Positions 59,758-64,000 of a stretch of 64,000 nucleotides of DNA are shown in pieces (position 1 is the first letter of the stretch; the number at the start of each line of letters is the position of its first letter). Source of the DNA: Angustibacter luteus. Its GTDB lineage: Bacteria; Actinomycetota; Actinomycetes; Actinomycetales; Angustibacteraceae. Under the pieces are notes generated by a model, which saw only the letters and a list, made by a program, of their open reading frames with translations, made no database searches and had not been told where the DNA came from. The DNA lies in assembly GCF_039541115.1 (NCBI RefSeq), contig NZ_BAABFP010000002.1:992001-1056000 (forward strand), written 5' to 3'. Position numbers and translations under genes: made by a program.

Positions 59758-60636
59758 GTGCCTGCTCGCCTGCTGCGCCTCCCCCTCGCCGCCGTCCTGA
59801 CCGCAGCGACCGTCGCCGCGCTGGCGGCCTGCGCCCCCCAGGACGACAGCCCGTCGGCGTCCTCGTCCGGCAGCGCCACCACCGCCGCGTGCACCAAGGA
59901 CAGCCTGGCGACGCACACCAAGGGCACCTTCACGGTAGGCACCGACAAGCCCGCCTACGAGCCCTGGTTCGTCGACGACGACCCGAGCAACGGCAAGGGC
60001 TTCGAGTCCGCCGTCGCCTACGCGGTGGCCGGCAAGCTCGGCTTCGCGCAACCCGACGTGAAGTGGGAGGTCGTCAGCTTCAACCAGGCCACCGCCCCGG
60101 GCCCCAAGACCTTCGACGTCGACATCAACCAGATCTCGATCACGCCCGAGCGGAAGAAGAACCTGGACTTCTCGTCCGGCTACTACGACGTCGCGCAGGC
60201 CGTGGTGACCGTCAAGGGCAGCAAGGCCGACGGCGCCACCAGCATCGCGGACCTGAAGAAGCTCAAGCTCGGCGCGCAGGTCGGCACGACCAGCTACACC
60301 GCCGCCACCCAGACGATCGACCCCGAGCAGAAGGTCGCCGTCTACAACACGAACGACGACGCGAAGGCCGCGCTGCAGAACGGTCAGATCGACGCCCTGG
60401 TCGTCGACCTGCCCACCGGCCTGTACCTGGCCGCCGCCGACCTGAAGGACGGCAAGCTCGTCGGCCAGATCCCGACGACGGGCACGCCCGAGCAGTTCGG
60501 CATGGTGCTGGACCAGGGCAGCGCACTCACCGCGTGCGTCTCGCAGGCGGTCGACGCGCTGCGCGCCGACGGCACCCTGGACAAGCTCGAGCAGCAGTGG
60601 CTGACCAGCACGGCCGGGGCGCCTGTGCTGAAGTGA
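59758..60636 (+). CDS. polar amino-acid ABC transporter substrate-binding lipoprotein
   Basis: LAAC lipobox, PAYEPW, GFE, SITPERK, GAQVGTT. Confidence 0.92.
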   Translation: MPARLLRLPLAAVLTAATVAALAACAPQDDSPSASSSGSATTAACTKDSLATHTKGTFTVGTDKPAYEPWFVDDDPSNGKGFESAVAYAVAGKLGFAQPDVKWEVVSFNQATAPGPKTFDVDINQISITPERKKNLDFSSGYYDVAQAVVTVKGSKADGATSIADLKKLKLGAQVGTTSYTAATQTIDPEQKVAVYNTNDDAKAALQNGQIDALVVDLPTGLYLAAADLKDGKLVGQIPTTGTPEQFGMVLDQGSALTACVSQAVDALRADGTLDKLEQQWLTSTAGAPVLK

Positions 60637-61496
60637 GCGCGACCGACGTGAGCGGCTACGCGCCGTCGGCCCGCCAGGTCGACCGGCTCGCCTACCGGCG
60701 TCGGCGGGCCACCCGATCGGCCCTGATCGGCCTGGTCAGCACGTTGGTCGTCGTCGGTGTCGTGCTTACGGTGCTGGTCAACAGCCCCGGTTGGCCGCGG
60801 GTCAAGGCGAGCTTCTTCGACTGGGACGTCGCCAAGGCCTCGTTGCCGGACATCCTGGTCGGGCTCTGGCTGAACGTCCGGATCATGGTCGTGTGCGCCG
60901 TCTTCATCCTGATCTTCGGGATGGCGCTGGCGATCATGCGCACCCTGCGCGGGCCGGTGTTCTTCCCGCTGCGCGCCTTCGCGACGGCGTACGTCGACCT
61001 GTTCCGTGGCATGCCGTTGCTGCTGGTGCTGCTGTTGGTCGGCTTCGGGGTGCCCGGCCTGCGGTTGCAGGGGCTGCCGAGCAGCGTGCTGTTCTACGGC
61101 TGCGTGGCCCTGGTGCTCACGTACTCGTCGTACGTCGCCGAGGTCTTCCGCGCCGGCATCGAGTCCGTGCACCCGAGCCAGCTGGCCGCGGCCCGCGGGC
61201 TCGGCCTGTCGTACCCGCAGACCATGCGGTACGTCGTCGTGCCGCAGGCCGTTCGGCGCGTCGTCCCGCCCCTGCTGAACGACCTGGTCAGCCTGCAGAA
61301 GGACTCCGGCCTGATCTCCATCCTCGGCGTCATCGACGCCATCCGGGCCGCGCAGATCGCGCAGGCCGAGTACGCGAGCTTCACGCCGTACGTCGTGGCC
61401 GGCATCTGCTTCGTGCTGCTGACCATCCCGCTGACCCGGCTGACCGACCGGGTGGCGCGGCGGCAGGGCTGGCAGGGCGCGGGAGGTGTGCCGTGA
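60633..61496 (+). CDS. amino-acid ABC transporter permease
   Basis: FRGMPLL, YVAEVFRAGI, PQAVRR, KDS. Confidence 0.92.
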   Translation: MSATDVSGYAPSARQVDRLAYRRRRATRSALIGLVSTLVVVGVVLTVLVNSPGWPRVKASFFDWDVAKASLPDILVGLWLNVRIMVVCAVFILIFGMALAIMRTLRGPVFFPLRAFATAYVDLFRGMPLLLVLLLVGFGVPGLRLQGLPSSVLFYGCVALVLTYSSYVAEVFRAGIESVHPSQLAAARGLGLSYPQTMRYVVVPQAVRRVVPPLLNDLVSLQKDSGLISILGVIDAIRAAQIAQAEYASFTPYVVAGICFVLLTIPLTRLTDRVARRQGWQGAGGVP

Positions 61497-62242
61497 GTGA
61501 GCACCTGCTGCGCGTCCAGGGGCTGCGCAAGGCCTACGGCAGCAACGTCGTCCTGAATGGTCTGGACCTGGACGTCGACCCGCACCAGTGCATCGCGCTG
61601 ATCGGCGCGTCAGGATCAGGCAAGTCCACGCTGCTGCGCTGCATCGACCTCCTCGAGGTGGTGGACGACGGCGTGATCGAGCTGGCCGGGGACGACGTCG
61701 CCGACCCCAGGGTCGACGCGGACGCCGTCCGGGCCCGGATCGGCATCGTGTTCCAGGCGTACAACCTGTTCCCGCACCTGCGGGTGCTGGACAACATCAC
61801 CCTGTCCCCGCGCAAGGTGCACGGCGTGAGCCGCGACCAGGCCGAGGACGAGGCGATGGCCCTGCTGCGCCGGGTCGGCCTGCAGGACAAGGCGAAGGCG
61901 TGGCCGGACGAGCTGTCCGGCGGTCAGCAGCAACGCGTCGCGGTGGCCCGGGCGCTGGCCACCAAGCCCGTACTCATGCTGCTGGACGAGGTGACCAGCG
62001 CGCTCGACCCCGAGCTGGTCGGCGAGGTGCTCGCGATGCTGCGCGACCTCAAGGACGACGGCATGACCATGCTGATGGCGACGCACGAGATGTCGTTCGC
62101 CCGCGACGTCGCGGACCAGGTGGTCTTCCTGGACGGCGGGCAGGTCTGCGAGTCCGGCCCGCCCGAGCAGGTGTTCGGCGACCCGCGCGAGGTACGCACC
62201 CAGCAGTTCCTGCGCCGCGTCGTGGACGCCGGCCGGCTCTAG
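61493..62242 (+). CDS. amino-acid ABC transporter ATP-binding protein
   Basis: GASGSGKST, LSGGQQQR, LDEVTSALDPE. Confidence 0.94.
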   Translation: MSEHLLRVQGLRKAYGSNVVLNGLDLDVDPHQCIALIGASGSGKSTLLRCIDLLEVVDDGVIELAGDDVADPRVDADAVRARIGIVFQAYNLFPHLRVLDNITLSPRKVHGVSRDQAEDEAMALLRRVGLQDKAKAWPDELSGGQQQRVAVARALATKPVLMLLDEVTSALDPELVGEVLAMLRDLKDDGMTMLMATHEMSFARDVADQVVFLDGGQVCESGPPEQVFGDPREVRTQQFLRRVVDAGRL

Positions 62243-62964
62243 CCGCGGCGCGCGACGAACACGAGCTCCTTGCCGGGGCGGTCCGGCGCCTCACGCACCT
62301 CGACGACCCGAAACCCGTGTCCCGCTAGGTCGTCCTCGATCTCCTGGGGCTCCCGGAAGCGCAGGGTCGACGCGGAGGTCACCTGCTCACCGGCGACGAC
62401 CGTGGTCGACTCGAACGTGACCAACGGCGGCTCCACCGCGATCACCGTGCGCGAGACGACCGTTCGCTCGCCCGACGGCAGCACCACGGACGTCGGGGCG
62501 ATGTCCCAGTGCTCCCAGTCGCGGGCCTGCGGCCTGCGCGTCTCGAAGACGAACCAGCCCTCGTTACGCAGGCACCCCCGCACCGAGTCCAGGGTCGCGG
62601 ACCAGTCCGCGTCGTCGACGAACACCTGGGCCACGTTGCCCGTCATCACGGCCAGGTCGGCCCCGACGGGCCGCCCATCGAGGACGGTGGCATCACCATG
62701 CACCCACTCGACCTGGTCGGCGTGCGGCTTCGACCGCGCCACCTCGAGCGACGCCAGGGCCGGATCGACCCCGATGACGCGCAGGCCGAGTGCAGCGAGC
62801 CGTACAGCCAGAGACCCTGTGCCGCACCCGATGTCGACGACGGTCCTGGCACCGACCTCGTCCACGATGGCCTCGTACGCGTCGAGGTCGCGGCGGTCGT
62901 CGTCGAAGACGTCGTACAGGACGGCAAGGCGGGGGTCGGCGAAGGCCGTGTCCGGTGGGCGCAC
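62239..62964 (-). CDS. class I SAM-dependent methyltransferase
   Basis: VDIGCGTG, GVDP, MTGNVAQVF. Confidence 0.88.
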   Translation of the reverse strand: MRPPDTAFADPRLAVLYDVFDDDRRDLDAYEAIVDEVGARTVVDIGCGTGSLAVRLAALGLRVIGVDPALASLEVARSKPHADQVEWVHGDATVLDGRPVGADLAVMTGNVAQVFVDDADWSATLDSVRGCLRNEGWFVFETRRPQARDWEHWDIAPTSVVLPSGERTVVSRTVIAVEPPLVTFESTTVVAGEQVTSASTLRFREPQEIEDDLAGHGFRVVEVREAPDRPGKELVFVARRG

Positions 62965-63027
62965 GCGGACGACCGTACGCCCGTGGGGCGAGGAGCCGCC
63001 GGACGGTCCGGCCGCCATACTGGAGTG

Positions 63028-63360
63028 ATGGCGTACGACGAGCGCTTGGCCGAGCGGATCCGCCAGGCCGTCGCGGGTGAGCCGGGGCTGAGCGAGAAGG
63101 CGATGTTCGGCGGACTGGCCTTCCTGGTGCACGGCCACCTGGCGGTGAGCGCCAGCGGCCAGGGCGGCCTGCTGCTGCGGATCGACCCGGCCGATGCACC
63201 GGACCTGACCAGCCGCCCGCACGTGCGGCCGTTCGAGATGCGCGGCCGTGCGATGGACGGCTGGCTGCACGTGCAGCCCGAGGCGGTCGACGACGACGCG
63301 GACCTGCAGCAGTGGGTGGACGTCGGGCTCGCCTTCGCCCGCTCGCTCCCGCCGAAGTAG
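63028..63360 (+). CDS. TfoX N-terminal domain protein
   Basis: MAYDE.LAERIR, KAMFGG, MRGR.M.GW, SLPPK. Confidence 0.87.
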   Translation: MAYDERLAERIRQAVAGEPGLSEKAMFGGLAFLVHGHLAVSASGQGGLLLRIDPADAPDLTSRPHVRPFEMRGRAMDGWLHVQPEAVDDDADLQQWVDVGLAFARSLPPK

Positions 63361-63366
63361 GCGCCG

Positions 63367-64000
63367 CTAGGGCTGGAACGCGACAGCGTCGACGTACGCG
63401 AAGGGCCGGCCCCTGGTCGCCAGGTTCTCGATCGTGACGTAGGGCTCGTTCCTCGAGCGGGTCGTCCGGGTGAGCACCACCTTGCGGCGGCCGACCGTGC
63501 GGGAGTACGTGTCCACGTAGATCGGGTACGCGTTGTCGACCCAGACCCGGACGCGGCCGCACGCCGGGCACGTGGTCATCACTGCCGAGACGTGACCCGC
63601 CCTGTTCTGGATCCGGAAGTAGACGGACGCACCCCGAGCCGAGGTCCGGTGCTGGGTCCCCAGGAAGGCACCCGCGACGCGTTGCGCCGTCCAGCTGCCG
63701 TAGTACCGGACGGCACCACCACCCCGCTGGGCGTCGTCGACCGGCACGCTCGCGTACGCCGAGGCCGACCACGGCCCCGTGGCGCCGCCGGGGGCCACCG
63801 CCCGGGCCTGCAGCTGCCAGGCGGGCTCCGGCCAGCCGAGGGTGTCGGCGTAGCGCCGGTAGTCGAACGTCGTGCGCGTTGCCGTGGTGGCGGGCAGGTA
63901 GCGCCAGGGGGCCGTGCCGACGACGGGGCCGCCGTCCCAGTAAGGACGGACCCGGACCTGGTAGGTCACGGGTGACCAGCTCGGCTGCGTCGTGGTGGTG
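63367..64000 (-). CDS. C-terminal part of a probable secreted protein (FN3-like plus beta-sandwich), truncated by window edge
   Basis: frame open to 64000; VTYQVRVR, QARAV...GPWS, CPACG.V.V.VD, VDAV. Confidence 0.65.
   Translation of the reverse strand, partial: TTTTQPSWSPVTYQVRVRPYWDGGPVVGTAPWRYLPATTATRTTFDYRRYADTLGWPEPAWQLQARAVAPGGATGPWSASAYASVPVDDAQRGGGAVRYYGSWTAQRVAGAFLGTQHRTSARGASVYFRIQNRAGHVSAVMTTCPACGRVRVWVDNAYPIYVDTYSRTVGRRKVVLTRTTRSRNEPYVTIENLATRGRPFAYVDAVAFQP

Overview
High-GC actinomycete chromosomal segment. Both ends are conserved core. Left: cbiX-like chelatase, murB, MFS, hadB/hadA-like dehydratases, rpmG, tRNA-Met, tRNA-Thr. Right: tRNA-Tyr, yajQ, htpX, a reduced nuoBCHIJKLMN complex-I-like operon and an amino-acid ABC transporter. 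About 40 kb of accessory genes lie between tRNA-Thr and tRNA-Tyr with no recognisable integrase: an LLM/FMN-reductase pair, a complete LacI-controlled L-rhamnose catabolic operon, TetR/MFS and TetR/ABC modules, a SARP/SCO4226/methyltransferase cluster, a DUF6529-Rieske unit, a GH63-like hydrolase, Fpg/Nei and a TipA-like MerR. Best novelty candidates: (1) a translationally coupled three-gene operon encoding an intact CHAT (caspase/separase-like) protease, a 238-aa protein with an alpha-hemolysin/leukocidin-like amphipathic beta-hairpin and an N-terminal ExxR/RRG motif, and a small SspB-like protein, possibly a protease-gated pore-forming cell-death/defence system; (2) an orphan fusion of a YciI domain to a contractile-tail sheath C-terminal domain; (3) a 27-aa membrane peptide behind the DUF6529-Rieske genes that the ORF track misses. 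All family assignments come from motif recognition by eye, not database searches. Many starts were moved from the ORF track to internal starts using RBS or leaderless -10 signals.
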